Assembly (NCBI GenBank): GCA_018656555.1
Contig: JABHZQ010000012.1
Location: 28,080-92,079, forward strand
DNA from: an archaeon
GTDB taxonomy: Archaea; Nanobdellota; Nanobdellia; SCGC-AAA011-G17; GW2011-AR17
Length of the DNA: 64,000 nucleotides
Reading direction: 5' to 3'
Below are positions 37,849 to 46,883 of the stretch, piece after piece. Under the pieces are notes generated by a model, which made no database searches, had not been told where the DNA came from, and was given only the letters and a program-made list of their open reading frames with translations. The position numbers and the translations under genes were made by a program. Position 1 is the stretch's first letter, and each line of letters opens with the position of its first letter.

Positions 37849-38938
37849 AACTAAGCTAAAAATCAGAAGATTAGCTAAAGATGTTGTAAGAGATATTGAT
37901 AAACATAGTAATCCTTCTATTGAAATTCCAATTAGAGCTTTATCTAATGTTCATTTTAATGAAAAAAAGAGTATTATTGAACTAGGAAAGGAAACTCAAC
38001 AAAGATATTTCTTTAATGTTGGTCAAGCAAAGAAATTTATGCAAACTATACTTATTGCAAGTGCTTGTGATGAACTCCTTGATTCAGGTAAAACTACATC
38101 TATTAGGGACCTATACTACATGACTAAGCATACTATTGGTAAGAGTAAAGAAAATACTTTTGATGACCAGGCTGAATCTGATCCTATTATTGAAGATTTA
38201 GAGGTTACAATTGATTCCTTAAGAGAAGAATTAAACTTATTTGCTTCAAATAGGGGAGCCATGGTTGGACCAATGAAAGTAATTGATTATGGTATTAATA
38301 AGAAAGGAGATCAAATTGATTTAGCAAGGATGGGGTCTGGGGGTTGGTCTATACCTTCTATTGTTGAAGAGGATATAATTGAATTCAAAGATTGTAAAGC
38401 TAAGTTTATTTTAATGGTTGAGAAAGATGCGGTTTGGAGAAGGTTAAATGAAGATGGGTTTTGGAAGAAGCATAATTGTTTGTTAATTCATGGTCAAGGG
38501 ATGGCTCCAAGAGGGGTAAGAAGATTATTACATAGGTTAGTAAATGATTACAAACTACCTATGTATGTATTTGTTGACCAGGACCCTTGGGGATTGTATA
38601 TCTATTCTGTTATCAAACAAGGAAGTATTAATTTGGCTTATGAGAGTCAGAGGATGGCAGTACCATCTGCTAAGTTTATTGGGTTGAGTGCTTTTGATAA
38701 AGAGAAATATAAATTACCAGACAATGTTACAATTAAACTAAATGAACAAGATAAGTCAAGAGCTAAACAGATTCTTAATTATCCTTGGTTTCAGAAAAAA
38801 AGTTGGCAAAAGGAATTAAAGCAGATGCTGAAAAATGGTTTTAAGTTAGAGTTAGAGGCTTTAAGTGCTAAAGGAATTAGTTTTGTAACAGACAAATATT
38901 TGCCTGAAAAACTTAAAAATAAAGATTGGTTGGATTAA
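37817..38938 (+). CDS. top6A: DNA topoisomerase VI subunit A (Spo11-like)
   Basis: Winged-helix region and a Toprim domain '[10 protein letters not shown]…[16 protein letters not shown]…VFVDQDPWG'; overlaps top6B by 32 nt. Confidence 0.85.
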   Translation: MEKMVNRKKDETKLKIRRLAKDVVRDIDKHSNPSIEIPIRALSNVHFNEKKSIIELGKETQQRYFFNVGQAKKFMQTILIASACDELLDSGKTTSIRDLYYMTKHTIGKSKENTFDDQAESDPIIEDLEVTIDSLREELNLFASNRGAMVGPMKVIDYGINKKGDQIDLARMGSGGWSIPSIVEEDIIEFKDCKAKFILMVEKDAVWRRLNEDGFWKKHNCLLIHGQGMAPRGVRRLLHRLVNDYKLPMYVFVDQDPWGLYIYSVIKQGSINLAYESQRMAVPSAKFIGLSAFDKEKYKLPDNVTIKLNEQDKSRAKQILNYPWFQKKSWQKELKQMLKNGFKLELEALSAKGISFVTDKYLPEKLKNKDWLD

Positions 38939-40800
38939 GCTGCTTTATCCATTTGTTCTCTTATCTCTTCTGCAGCGTGTTCATAGCCACCAAGTCCAAG
39001 AGTTAAAGTATAATCACTAGTCTCACCATCTCCTTCTGTAGCTTCATCTTCTGTAGGCTCTTGAGGTTCTTCTCTTAATTCATTTAATAATTCTACAGCC
39101 ATCCTATCAAGTGGATTTCTTTTTAGATCTCTATAGATTGTTGAATTTGAAATACCATAATCTGTAGCTAATCTACTTACAATTCCTGCCTCGCCTCTTT
39201 CTAACATCTCTTTGTAAGCTTCTTGAACTTCTAAAGCTCTTTGATCAACATATTCACCCTTCACATCTGAGTAAGTTTTACCACAAGTATCTTTCATATG
39301 TTCTCTTAGATCATTTTCATCTACACCTGCAAAATTTGCAATTTGGTAGAATTTAAATTGTGATACTGTTTCTTCATCACAAGCCTTCATCATTCCAGCT
39401 TCTAATCTTGAATCATAATCAATTGTTCGAGGTATGGTGATTCCTGATTCTTCATAATGGTTCCACATACCATCAACTAAGCCATCTAATTCTCCATCGG
39501 ATTCAATACTTCCATCAAATAATGGGCTTTCAAATTGTGCTAATGCTCTTTCTGAAACAATTAGATTGTATAAATATTCAAATTCTGTGGACAGTTCTTG
39601 CATTGCATAACCATCACCTGTTGAACTTGTATCTGGAAGTTGTATATCACCAAGAGCATCTTCTAAGTCTATCCCAAAAACAAATAGTTCTTGATTAGGC
39701 ACAATATGAACATGAGGTACTCCTTCTCTATCTTCAATTTCTAATTGATTATCATGAGCAACCTGTTTCCAATCTACACCATATTGTTTTGCAATTTCTG
39801 CAAGAGTATCTCCTTTTGCAACTTTGTGAGTTGTTGAATTAATAGGTAATTGAACTTCTTGATTGGTATATATCCAGTGAGTATTTTCGATTTCACTAAC
39901 ACTTGCAACATGTCTTTCCATTGCTTGGGTAAATGGATTTCTATATAGTTTACCAGTATGTTCTTTTAAAATTCTGGATAGGATCTCTCCTTTTTGAACA
40001 GAATGGGTAAGATATCTTTCTGATTCTGGAACATCTGAAGGTGGTGTGTAAGAATCTGCTTGCATTAATTCTTCTGCAGTTGCTAAAGCATGTTCTAAAG
40101 TAACAAGAATATGTTCATGGGTTGGTGTTGGTGGGATTATTAAATCATCTGCTGGATCACATTCACCATATAATTCATCAATAGCTGGTGTTGTTAAAAC
40201 TGGTTCATAAACCTCATCATCAAAACATTCACCAATAACAGTTACTCCACCAACAGTTAAGGATCTTGTTTCAGCTATTGTAGCCAAATCAGCTGTTGGA
40301 TTTGTTAATCTTCTTTGTGAATTAGGAAGTGTGATTTGAGAAGGTTTTGGACCCTCTGTGAGTAAAGAAGTATCATATCTTCTACCTTCAGGAATGGGAT
40401 TTAATTCTGAATCATCTACTGTTACTGTTAGTTCTGGAGGGTTTTGAGCTCTATAAATTCCTAAAGCTGTACCTACTGCTAATAAAGTTCCAAAAAGTAA
40501 ACCCCCAATTCTTCTCCTACTTCTTTTTCTTTGAATATAATCTGTTTGTGCAAGTTCTGATTCAGTAGCTCTGGCATCAATTTGATCTTCAAATTCATCT
40601 ACTGCAGTTGTAGCAGAAGTATGAGATGTTAGTGCATCTCCTTCAGCAAATACTTGTTGTTCAAGATCATCATAACCATCTGTATCAGCTGCATTAGAAA
40701 CTTCGGCCTCAACTGCTGCCATTCCACCAGTAATAGTTTTATCTACAGGTTTACCTCCACCTAAAGCCCTATCTTCTGGTTTCTCATCTTTCATATTCAA
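38935..40800 (-). CDS. Single-pass membrane protein with a large extracytoplasmic region containing a LysM domain and an IS30-like HTH-like motif
   Basis: Acidic N-terminal ~95 aa, then 'QRKRSRRR' and a TM 'IGGLLFGTLLAVGTALGIY'. LysM 'HKVAKGDTLAEIAKQYGVDWKQVAHDNQL' (nt ~39690-39830). Near the C-terminus, 'VSRLATDYGISNSTIYRDLKRN' (nt 39121-39180) resembles IS30-family transposase HTH motifs. Confidence 0.55.
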   Translation of the reverse strand: MNMKDEKPEDRALGGGKPVDKTITGGMAAVEAEVSNAADTDGYDDLEQQVFAEGDALTSHTSATTAVDEFEDQIDARATESELAQTDYIQRKRSRRRIGGLLFGTLLAVGTALGIYRAQNPPELTVTVDDSELNPIPEGRRYDTSLLTEGPKPSQITLPNSQRRLTNPTADLATIAETRSLTVGGVTVIGECFDDEVYEPVLTTPAIDELYGECDPADDLIIPPTPTHEHILVTLEHALATAEELMQADSYTPPSDVPESERYLTHSVQKGEILSRILKEHTGKLYRNPFTQAMERHVASVSEIENTHWIYTNQEVQLPINSTTHKVAKGDTLAEIAKQYGVDWKQVAHDNQLEIEDREGVPHVHIVPNQELFVFGIDLEDALGDIQLPDTSSTGDGYAMQELSTEFEYLYNLIVSERALAQFESPLFDGSIESDGELDGLVDGMWNHYEESGITIPRTIDYDSRLEAGMMKACDEETVSQFKFYQIANFAGVDENDLREHMKDTCGKTYSDVKGEYVDQRALEVQEAYKEMLERGEAGIVSRLATDYGISNSTIYRDLKRNPLDRMAVELLNELREEPQEPTEDEATEGDGETSDYTLTLGLGGYEHAAEEIREQMDKAA

Positions 40801-40919
40801 AAAAACTTAATATCTTATATTTAAACCTTTCTATGTTTATTAACTAAAAAGTGAGAACATTCTGGGATTTAGAGTCAATAGAAACGTTTTTAAAGCAAAT
40901 CAATTTTAAGGAAATTTAT

Positions 40920-40992
40920 GTCCCTGTAGCTCAGTTGGTGGAGCATTCGGCTGTTAACCGAAAGGTCGCAAGTTCGAGTCTTGCCGGGGACG
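40920..40992 (+). tRNA. tRNA-Asn (anticodon GTT)
   Basis: Folds as acceptor GTCCCTG/CGGGGAC, D-arm GCTC/GAGC, anticodon stem TTCGG/CCGAA with loop CTGTTAA, T-arm GCAAG-TTCGAGT-CTTGC, discriminator G. No encoded CCA. Confidence 0.85.
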
Positions 40993-40995
40993 TAT

Positions 40996-41070
40996 GGCCC
41001 CGTGGCTTAGCCTGGCTAGAGCACTCGACTGATAATCGAGAGGTCCTGGGTTCAAATCCCGGCGGGGCCA
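40996..41070 (+). tRNA. tRNA-Ile (anticodon GAT)
   Basis: Acceptor GGCCCCG/CGGGGCC, anticodon stem CTCGA/TCGAG with loop CTGATAA, T-arm CTGGG-TTCAAAT-CCCGG, discriminator A. Lies 3 nt after tRNA-Asn. Confidence 0.85.
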
Positions 41071-41077
41071 GATTCTA

Positions 41078-42919
41078 TTAACAGATTTTAGCACCAGTTT
41101 CAATATCTTGGTCTGGTTGTAATAGAGATACTTTTTTCTTGAATTCTGCTGCAAGAAGCATTCCATTACTTTCTATTCCTCTAATTTTGGTAGGTTGAAG
41201 ATTGGTAAATACAACTATCTTTTTTCCCACTAAATCCTTAAGTTTATAGTCATCCTTAAGACCTGAAACAATTTGTCTAGGGTTTTCTCCTTTACCCATA
41301 TCAACAAGTAGAACATAAAGTTTGTCTGCATCGGGATGCTTTTCTGCTTTTTTTACTTTCCCAACTCTAATTTGCATTTTTTCCCATTCTTTAAATGGAA
41401 TATAATGTCCAGCTTCTGGAGTAGATATAACTTGAGTTTCTTTATTCATTTTTTTCTCTCCTTCAATTTTAGTAAATAAGTATCCTGATTTTTTTACTTT
41501 ATTATTTCCCAATAATCCAAATTTAATATCTTTGAATGTTTCTTTTTTCTTTAATCCTAATTGTTGTTTAATTGTTTTTGCAGTATTGGGCATGAATGGT
41601 TCAATCAAAATAGAGATCACTCTTAGTGATTCTGCTAGATTGTATAAGATTATTTCAAGTTTTTTAGTATTGTTCTTTGCTAATTCCCATGGTTTGTTAT
41701 CATTTATGTATTTATTACATTCATTGATAAATTTCCAAATTTCATTTAAGGCATTATGTAATTCATAATTTAACATGTGATTATTTATTTTTTTGAAGTT
41801 TAATTTTTTAAATAATTCATTTTTATTTGTTCTTGGGATTTTTCCATTGAAATACTTTTCAATCATAGTTATTGTTCTTGATTGTAGGTTTCCTAGATCA
41901 TTCATTAATTCATTGTTATGTCTTTGATTTAGGGCATTTATAGAGAAGGTACCATCATGACCAAAGGGTATTTCTCTTAATAAAAAATATCTAATTGAAT
42001 CTGTAGGGTAGGTTTTTGCAAGTTCAAAGGGGTCTATTACATTTCCAATAGACTTGCTCATTTTTACTCCTCCTTCTGCATTTATGAAACCATGCACTAC
42101 TAATTTTTTTGGAGGTTTAATCCCTGCTGCATAGAGCATTGATAACCAGATAACAGAATGATGCCACATAATATCATGAGAAGTTACATGTGCAGCTGCT
42201 GGCCAGTACTTTGTTTTATCAACCCCAGAGGGATAATTTAGTAATGCATCGAACCAAACATAAGCAACATGTTTTTTATCAAAAGGTAGAGGGATACCCC
42301 ACTTAACCTTTTCTCTGGATATACAAAGGTCTTTTATTCCATCTTTCATTCTTTTTAATAGGAAAGTCTGTCTTTGTTTAGGAATTATATAATTATTATC
42401 TTTGATATATTTTTCAACTTTTTTTGCATATTTACTCATTTTAAAGAAATAAGATTCTTCTTCAAACCACTCTACTTTTCTCTTGTGTATTGGACAACAT
42501 CCATCTTCTAAATCTTTTTCATTGTAGTAAGTTTCACAATCTACACAATACCATCCTTCATACTTGCCCTTGTAAATATCTCCATTATCATAGACTTTTT
42601 GTAGAACCTCTTGACAATATTTTTCATGCTTTTTATCTGTTGTTCTTAGGAAATTATCATATTCCATTGAATAGAGTTTTGCTAATTTTTTAAATTCTGG
42701 GACTAATTTATCAACAAATTGTTTGGGGGTTATTCCTTCTTTTTCAGCCACCCTTTCAATTTTTTGACCATGCTCATCAGTTCCTGTTTGTAAAAATACA
42801 TCATCTCCTAGAAGTTTGTGCCATCTAGCTATTGTGTCTGACACTATATTTGTGTAGCAATGCCCTATGTGGGGCTTTCCTGAAGGGTAATATATTGGAG
42901 TTGTAATGTAGTATTTCAT
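41078..42919 (-). CDS. metG: Methionyl-tRNA synthetase with a C-terminal EMAP-II/Trbp111-like tRNA-binding domain
   Basis: 'PHIGHCYT' (HIGH), 'KMSKSIGN' (KMSKS), Zn knuckles 'CVDCE…CCPIH'. The C-terminal OB domain includes 'KLYVLLVDMG…IVSGL'. Confidence 0.9.
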   Translation of the reverse strand: MKYYITTPIYYPSGKPHIGHCYTNIVSDTIARWHKLLGDDVFLQTGTDEHGQKIERVAEKEGITPKQFVDKLVPEFKKLAKLYSMEYDNFLRTTDKKHEKYCQEVLQKVYDNGDIYKGKYEGWYCVDCETYYNEKDLEDGCCPIHKRKVEWFEEESYFFKMSKYAKKVEKYIKDNNYIIPKQRQTFLLKRMKDGIKDLCISREKVKWGIPLPFDKKHVAYVWFDALLNYPSGVDKTKYWPAAAHVTSHDIMWHHSVIWLSMLYAAGIKPPKKLVVHGFINAEGGVKMSKSIGNVIDPFELAKTYPTDSIRYFLLREIPFGHDGTFSINALNQRHNNELMNDLGNLQSRTITMIEKYFNGKIPRTNKNELFKKLNFKKINNHMLNYELHNALNEIWKFINECNKYINDNKPWELAKNNTKKLEIILYNLAESLRVISILIEPFMPNTAKTIKQQLGLKKKETFKDIKFGLLGNNKVKKSGYLFTKIEGEKKMNKETQVISTPEAGHYIPFKEWEKMQIRVGKVKKAEKHPDADKLYVLLVDMGKGENPRQIVSGLKDDYKLKDLVGKKIVVFTNLQPTKIRGIESNGMLLAAEFKKKVSLLQPDQDIETGAKIC

Positions 42920-42943
42920 TATGAAAAGAAAGGAAATGAAAGC

Positions 42944-43342
42944 TTAAAAGCTTTTCTCCATAAAGTTTAACTTTATGAATTCAATCATTTGGAAATTGCC
43001 AGTTTTTAAGAATAGATCGTAAGCTAATTGGTATTCATTCTCTTCAATACATCTTAATCCTGCTTTTTCTATTCTCAATCTGTCTTCTGAGAACATGTAG
43101 AATTTTGCTGCATCAACAAATCTTCCTTGAAGGAATAAGTAATCACCAGACTCTATTAATTTCATTTTGTTATTTGCCATTGCAAATGCTTTTGCAGAGT
43201 CCCTATACCTCTGTTCTTTGAAAAGAATATCTCCTACTTCAGTTAGAATATCATATTTTAAATGAGAGGGAAGCATTTCTAATTTAAGGTTTTCAAGTCC
43301 TTCTGCAAGGATTTTTCCAGTTATAGCAGGATATTTACTCAT
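42944..43342 (-). CDS. Hypothetical helical protein (132 aa)
   Basis: ORF with TPR-like helical character and no diagnostic motif. Confidence 0.35.
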   Translation of the reverse strand: MSKYPAITGKILAEGLENLKLEMLPSHLKYDILTEVGDILFKEQRYRDSAKAFAMANNKMKLIESGDYLFLQGRFVDAAKFYMFSEDRLRIEKAGLRCIEENEYQLAYDLFLKTGNFQMIEFIKLNFMEKSF

Positions 43343-43415
43343 TTTAAATATAAATCAGGATAGATTAAAAAGGATTAGGATAGTTTTAAATATGTGTTAA
43401 AAAATAGGTGATTTC

Positions 43416-44270
43416 ATGAAAAGCATGTCAGAATTGGCTGAAAAGCTGGATAAACGAATGCAAAAATTAACAAAGCATGATAATGTTCACTTTACAGATA
43501 GGGGAAATTCTGCTATTTTTATGGCACTTTCAATTGCAAAACAAATTAATAATAAACCCAAAATATTGATACCTGATCAAGGGGGTTGGTATTCATATAA
43601 GCGATATCCCAAATACTTAGGTTTAGAGATTGTTGAAGTTAAAACCGATTATGGAGTTATTGACTTAAAAGATTTGAAGAAAAAGTTGAAAAAAGATGAG
43701 ATCGGTTGTTTTATTTTTAGTTCCTTTGCAGGTTATTTCGCTGAGCAACCATTAAGGAAGATTAAAACTATTTGTAAGAAAAAGAATTGTTTGATAATAG
43801 AAGATTCTTGTGGCTCTATTGGAGACACTAAATTATGTAATGGAAAGTATTCTGATATGACTGTAGGTAGTTTTGGGAACTGGAAACCAATATCTTATGG
43901 TTATGGTGGGTGGATCTCTGTTCGAGAGAAAAGATGGTTGGATAATGCTAGAGAGGTTATGAGTATGTGTAAAGTTCATGAGAGATTCTATAAAGATATT
44001 ATGAAGTTTATTAGAAAGAACAAATTTAAGAAATTGATAAAGTTAAATAAAATTGTTAAGGAAGACTTGAAAGATTTTGATATTATTCATAGAGATAAAA
44101 GAGGATTAAATGTGGTTGTAAAGTTTGATCCTAAAATTACTGAATATTGTAAAGAGAAAGGATTTCAGCATATTCTTTGTCCAAATTATATTAGAGTTAA
44201 TGAAATGGCTGTTTCTATTGAGTTAAAGAGGTTAAATTTAGATAGGATTAAAGAGTTAACTTCAAACTAG
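43416..44270 (+). CDS. PLP-dependent enzyme fold protein, DegT/DnrJ/EryC1-like (short)
   Basis: 'RKIKTICKKKNCLIIEDSCGSIG' and 'MTVGSFGNWKPISYGYGGWISV' resemble the DegT-family motifs around the PLP-binding Lys. At 284 aa it is shorter than typical members. Confidence 0.35.
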   Translation: MKSMSELAEKLDKRMQKLTKHDNVHFTDRGNSAIFMALSIAKQINNKPKILIPDQGGWYSYKRYPKYLGLEIVEVKTDYGVIDLKDLKKKLKKDEIGCFIFSSFAGYFAEQPLRKIKTICKKKNCLIIEDSCGSIGDTKLCNGKYSDMTVGSFGNWKPISYGYGGWISVREKRWLDNAREVMSMCKVHERFYKDIMKFIRKNKFKKLIKLNKIVKEDLKDFDIIHRDKRGLNVVVKFDPKITEYCKEKGFQHILCPNYIRVNEMAVSIELKRLNLDRIKELTSN

Positions 44271-44318
44271 ATTGAACCTAAAACAAGGTTTATATAGTTT
44301 TAGAGTTCTATAAATTAT

Positions 44319-44882
44319 ATGAAAAATAAAATAATTATAGGAATAATCCTTTTGTCTTTAGTTTTTGTTGTAGGCTGTGCTCAAGAAGAACAGGTGCAAC
44401 AATACAGTTTAGGAGATTTAGATTATAAACTCGGAGAAGTTGTTGTTGGTTTTCCCGAAGGAATGGATAAAACAGAAGCTCAAGCTTTAATCGATTCTTA
44501 TGAATTAGAACTTGAATCTTGGTCTCCAAGAGATTTTACTACTATTAATCTGGTTGTTAATGAAGAATATCCTTCTGTATTAGAAAATCATGAAAGAATT
44601 GGTAGTTTAGAACAAATAGAGGGAAATGAGTATACTGTTTATTTTTATATTGAAGATTTTAATAATTTAAAACTTTCTGAAGTTGAGGAAATACTCTCTG
44701 AATTTGATGTTGAGATTATAGAGGATGAACATTACACAGAAGTTATGTCTGTAGAATGGGGAGTTTTAATTGTTTCAGAAGGTTCTGAGGTTGAATGGGT
44801 TAATACTCTTCAAGAGGATCCAAACTTTAAATATGTAGAACTAAACTATCTAGTTGAGTTGGAGGATGATGTTTTAGAATGA
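44319..44882 (+). CDS. Acidic lipoprotein, unknown function
   Basis: 'MKNKIIIGIILLSLVFVVGCAQ' lipobox. Confidence 0.45.
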   Translation: MKNKIIIGIILLSLVFVVGCAQEEQVQQYSLGDLDYKLGEVVVGFPEGMDKTEAQALIDSYELELESWSPRDFTTINLVVNEEYPSVLENHERIGSLEQIEGNEYTVYFYIEDFNNLKLSEVEEILSEFDVEIIEDEHYTEVMSVEWGVLIVSEGSEVEWVNTLQEDPNFKYVELNYLVELEDDVLE

Positions 44883-45307
44883 ATAAAATATATTTTTTAA
44901 GTTTTTTATTGATTTTCTTAGTTGGTTGTACTTGTTCTCAGGGTTTTCTTACCTACACTGGAGAAGAATTAGAACTTGATGAATTTGAAATAAGAAAAGA
45001 AAAAGTAGAAGTTAATCTTAATTTATTAGAAGAAGATAGAGTTAATATTGACCTTTTTGGTACAGAATATGTTATGATTAAAGAGAAAGTGGAATATAAT
45101 GAATTGAGTGATTCTTATTCTTGGCATGGAGAGTTAGAAGGGGAGTCATCTTCTTCTATAATTATAGTCTATGATGAAGACTCACTTGTAGGTAATATTT
45201 GGAACTATCTCCCAGGGGCAGTGTATACATACAAAATAGAAGGGAGTTTAGAAGAGGGATTTAGTTTGTCCGAAATTGATCAAAGTTTGATTACTGGTGA
45301 GGATTAA
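44879..45307 (+). CDS. Acidic lipoprotein, unknown function
   Basis: 'MNKIYFLSFLLIFLVGCTCSQG' lipobox; overlaps the upstream gene by 4 nt. Confidence 0.45.
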   Translation: MNKIYFLSFLLIFLVGCTCSQGFLTYTGEELELDEFEIRKEKVEVNLNLLEEDRVNIDLFGTEYVMIKEKVEYNELSDSYSWHGELEGESSSSIIIVYDEDSLVGNIWNYLPGAVYTYKIEGSLEEGFSLSEIDQSLITGED

Positions 45308-45338
45308 CCTTATATATTTCTAATTATTATTTTATTTC

Positions 45339-45650
45339 ATGGCTAAGAATAAGTTTGTCAAGTTTCTTTCAACTGTAATTAGATTTATAGGATTAGGGAT
45401 TTATCATATGTTGAAGTGGTTGTTTGTAGATTCTATAAAGACTCTTGCAAAAGCATTATATTTAGCTAGAAACCCTAATGAAAATGAAAAGATTAATAGA
45501 AGATTAGATTCTGAAAAGAAATTAGAAGTACATGATGAAAGAATTGAGAGAGTAGAAAGATTAATCTACTCTGTTTATAATGATCCAGAATATTCAAAAT
45601 CAGATAAAGGAAAGCATGATTTAAAAGTCCTTAAGGAGAGAGTAAAATGA
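45339..45650 (+). CDS. N-terminally membrane-anchored coiled-coil protein, unknown function
   Basis: TM 'VIRFIGLGIYHMLKWLF', then a charged helical region; overlaps the downstream gene by 4 nt. Confidence 0.35.
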   Translation: MAKNKFVKFLSTVIRFIGLGIYHMLKWLFVDSIKTLAKALYLARNPNENEKINRRLDSEKKLEVHDERIERVERLIYSVYNDPEYSKSDKGKHDLKVLKERVK

Positions 45651-46339
45651 ATTTTATAAGAAAAATGTGTGAAGGAAAGCATGATGAAGACGTACAACAA
45701 CAGATGAAAAGATTTTCAACAGGAAATTTTATCAACAAAGCAATTGTTGAAATAAAAAAGGGTAAAAAGATTAAAATTAAAACTACTTTTGAGTATGCTA
45801 ATTGGTTTGTAAAGTTTTTAGCTGAAAAAGGTAAGGGAAAGTATAGGGTTCAGGGTGGAGTACTCTCTAAAATAGACTTAAGAGAAGAATTGGGAGTGGA
45901 AGTAATTTCTTATAAACAATTTATGGGTGTTAAGAAGATGGAGATTAATGCAGACCTTCCCAAAGAGAAAATTTTGGAATTGTTAAATAATTATCCTGAT
46001 GCTCTGATGCTTTTTACTTTTGAAAATGATTATGGAAAAATAAAAACTAAAGTTAAGGCCCCAAAGTCAGGTAAGGAAAAGCCAGATGCAGAACCAAAAG
46101 TAAATTATTGTACATTTGTAACTGAAGATGAAGGGTTTTTAGAAGAGTTTGTATTTGACTTTACCCAGGAATTTAAGGCTGCAAAAATTAAACATACTTT
46201 TGCTATTAGTAATATTGAGGTTCCTGAAGAATACAAGAATGATCCTAAAATTGCTAGGATGAAGGCTATCCGTCATGGAAAATTAATTAGAGAAATTGAA
46301 GTTGATGGAAAAAAAGAAATAAAAGAATATTCTTTTTAA
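45647..46339 (+). CDS. Hypothetical soluble protein (230 aa), unknown function
   Basis: Coupled to the upstream small membrane-protein gene; I recognise no motifs. Confidence 0.35.
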   Translation: MNFIRKMCEGKHDEDVQQQMKRFSTGNFINKAIVEIKKGKKIKIKTTFEYANWFVKFLAEKGKGKYRVQGGVLSKIDLREELGVEVISYKQFMGVKKMEINADLPKEKILELLNNYPDALMLFTFENDYGKIKTKVKAPKSGKEKPDAEPKVNYCTFVTEDEGFLEEFVFDFTQEFKAAKIKHTFAISNIEVPEEYKNDPKIARMKAIRHGKLIREIEVDGKKEIKEYSF

Positions 46340-46341
46340 TT

Positions 46342-46554
46342 TTATTTTGTTGCCTCTCTAATGTCGGCAGATTTTACTGTTTTTCTTCCTGCATGTTTAG
46401 CCATTCTAATTGCTTTTTCACCAATTTCTTCTCCAATCTCTTCAAGTACTTCTCTTAATTTCTCTTTTGCATCAGCTGAAACCCTTACAGCTCCAACCTT
46501 CTTAAGCAGTTTTTCCATAGCAGCTGCAGGTAGTACATGTTTTCCTTTTTGCAT
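46342..46554 (-). CDS. Archaeal histone (HMf family)
   Basis: 70 aa '…LPAAAMEKLLKKVGAVRVSADAKEKLREVLEEIGEEIGEKAIRMAKHAGRKTVKSADIREATK' matches the histone-fold consensus of archaeal histones. Confidence 0.85.
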   Translation of the reverse strand: MQKGKHVLPAAAMEKLLKKVGAVRVSADAKEKLREVLEEIGEEIGEKAIRMAKHAGRKTVKSADIREATK

Positions 46555-46759
46555 TTTACCTTTATATTAGCTATAAATTATTTAAATCTTTCTTTTTTGG
46601 ACCCCAAATGACTAAATGGGGCCTATTTTAAGAGCGTTTATTAAAAAAATTAAAAATAGGTAATAGAGAACAATATAGAAATGTTTATAAATGGATTAAG
46701 ATTTTCAAAGGCCTATAAGATATGATTAAAGAATCATGTTTAATAGAAATAACAACTTG

Positions 46760-46850
46760 CTAGGTTCGCAACAGAGTTTGTAGAACCCCTTAGGTGACTA
46801 AGGTTCTAAAGCAGGCGAGTGCAGGTTCGACGTCTTTAAACCTGCTGTTT
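46760..46850 (+). other. Structured GC-enriched RNA-like element immediately upstream of rpl3 (candidate operon leader or small ncRNA)
   Basis: Three consecutive hairpins: GGTTC/GAACC (46763-67 / 46783-87); CCTTAG-GTGA-CTAAGG with a GNRA-type loop (46788-46803); GCAGGTT/AACCTGC (46821-27 / 46839-45). It sits in a 329-nt noncoding gap. Confidence 0.3.
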
Positions 46851-46883
46851 CGAGAGAAACATGTAAAAAGCAAAATAAGTAAA

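Noticed and set aside
39121-39180. IS30-like HTH motif as evidence for a transposase or insertion sequence
   Set aside because: There is no DDE catalytic domain, no terminal inverted repeats and no separate ORF. The motif sits inside the continuous LysM-protein reading frame, so I report it as an unexplained C-terminal HTH-like segment, not as a mobile element.
40851-41166. ORFs 40851-41081 (+) and 40954-41166 (-) from the six-frame track
   Set aside because: Both lie across the tRNA-Asn and tRNA-Ile genes. Their GC-rich 'protein' sequences are artefacts of translating the tRNAs.
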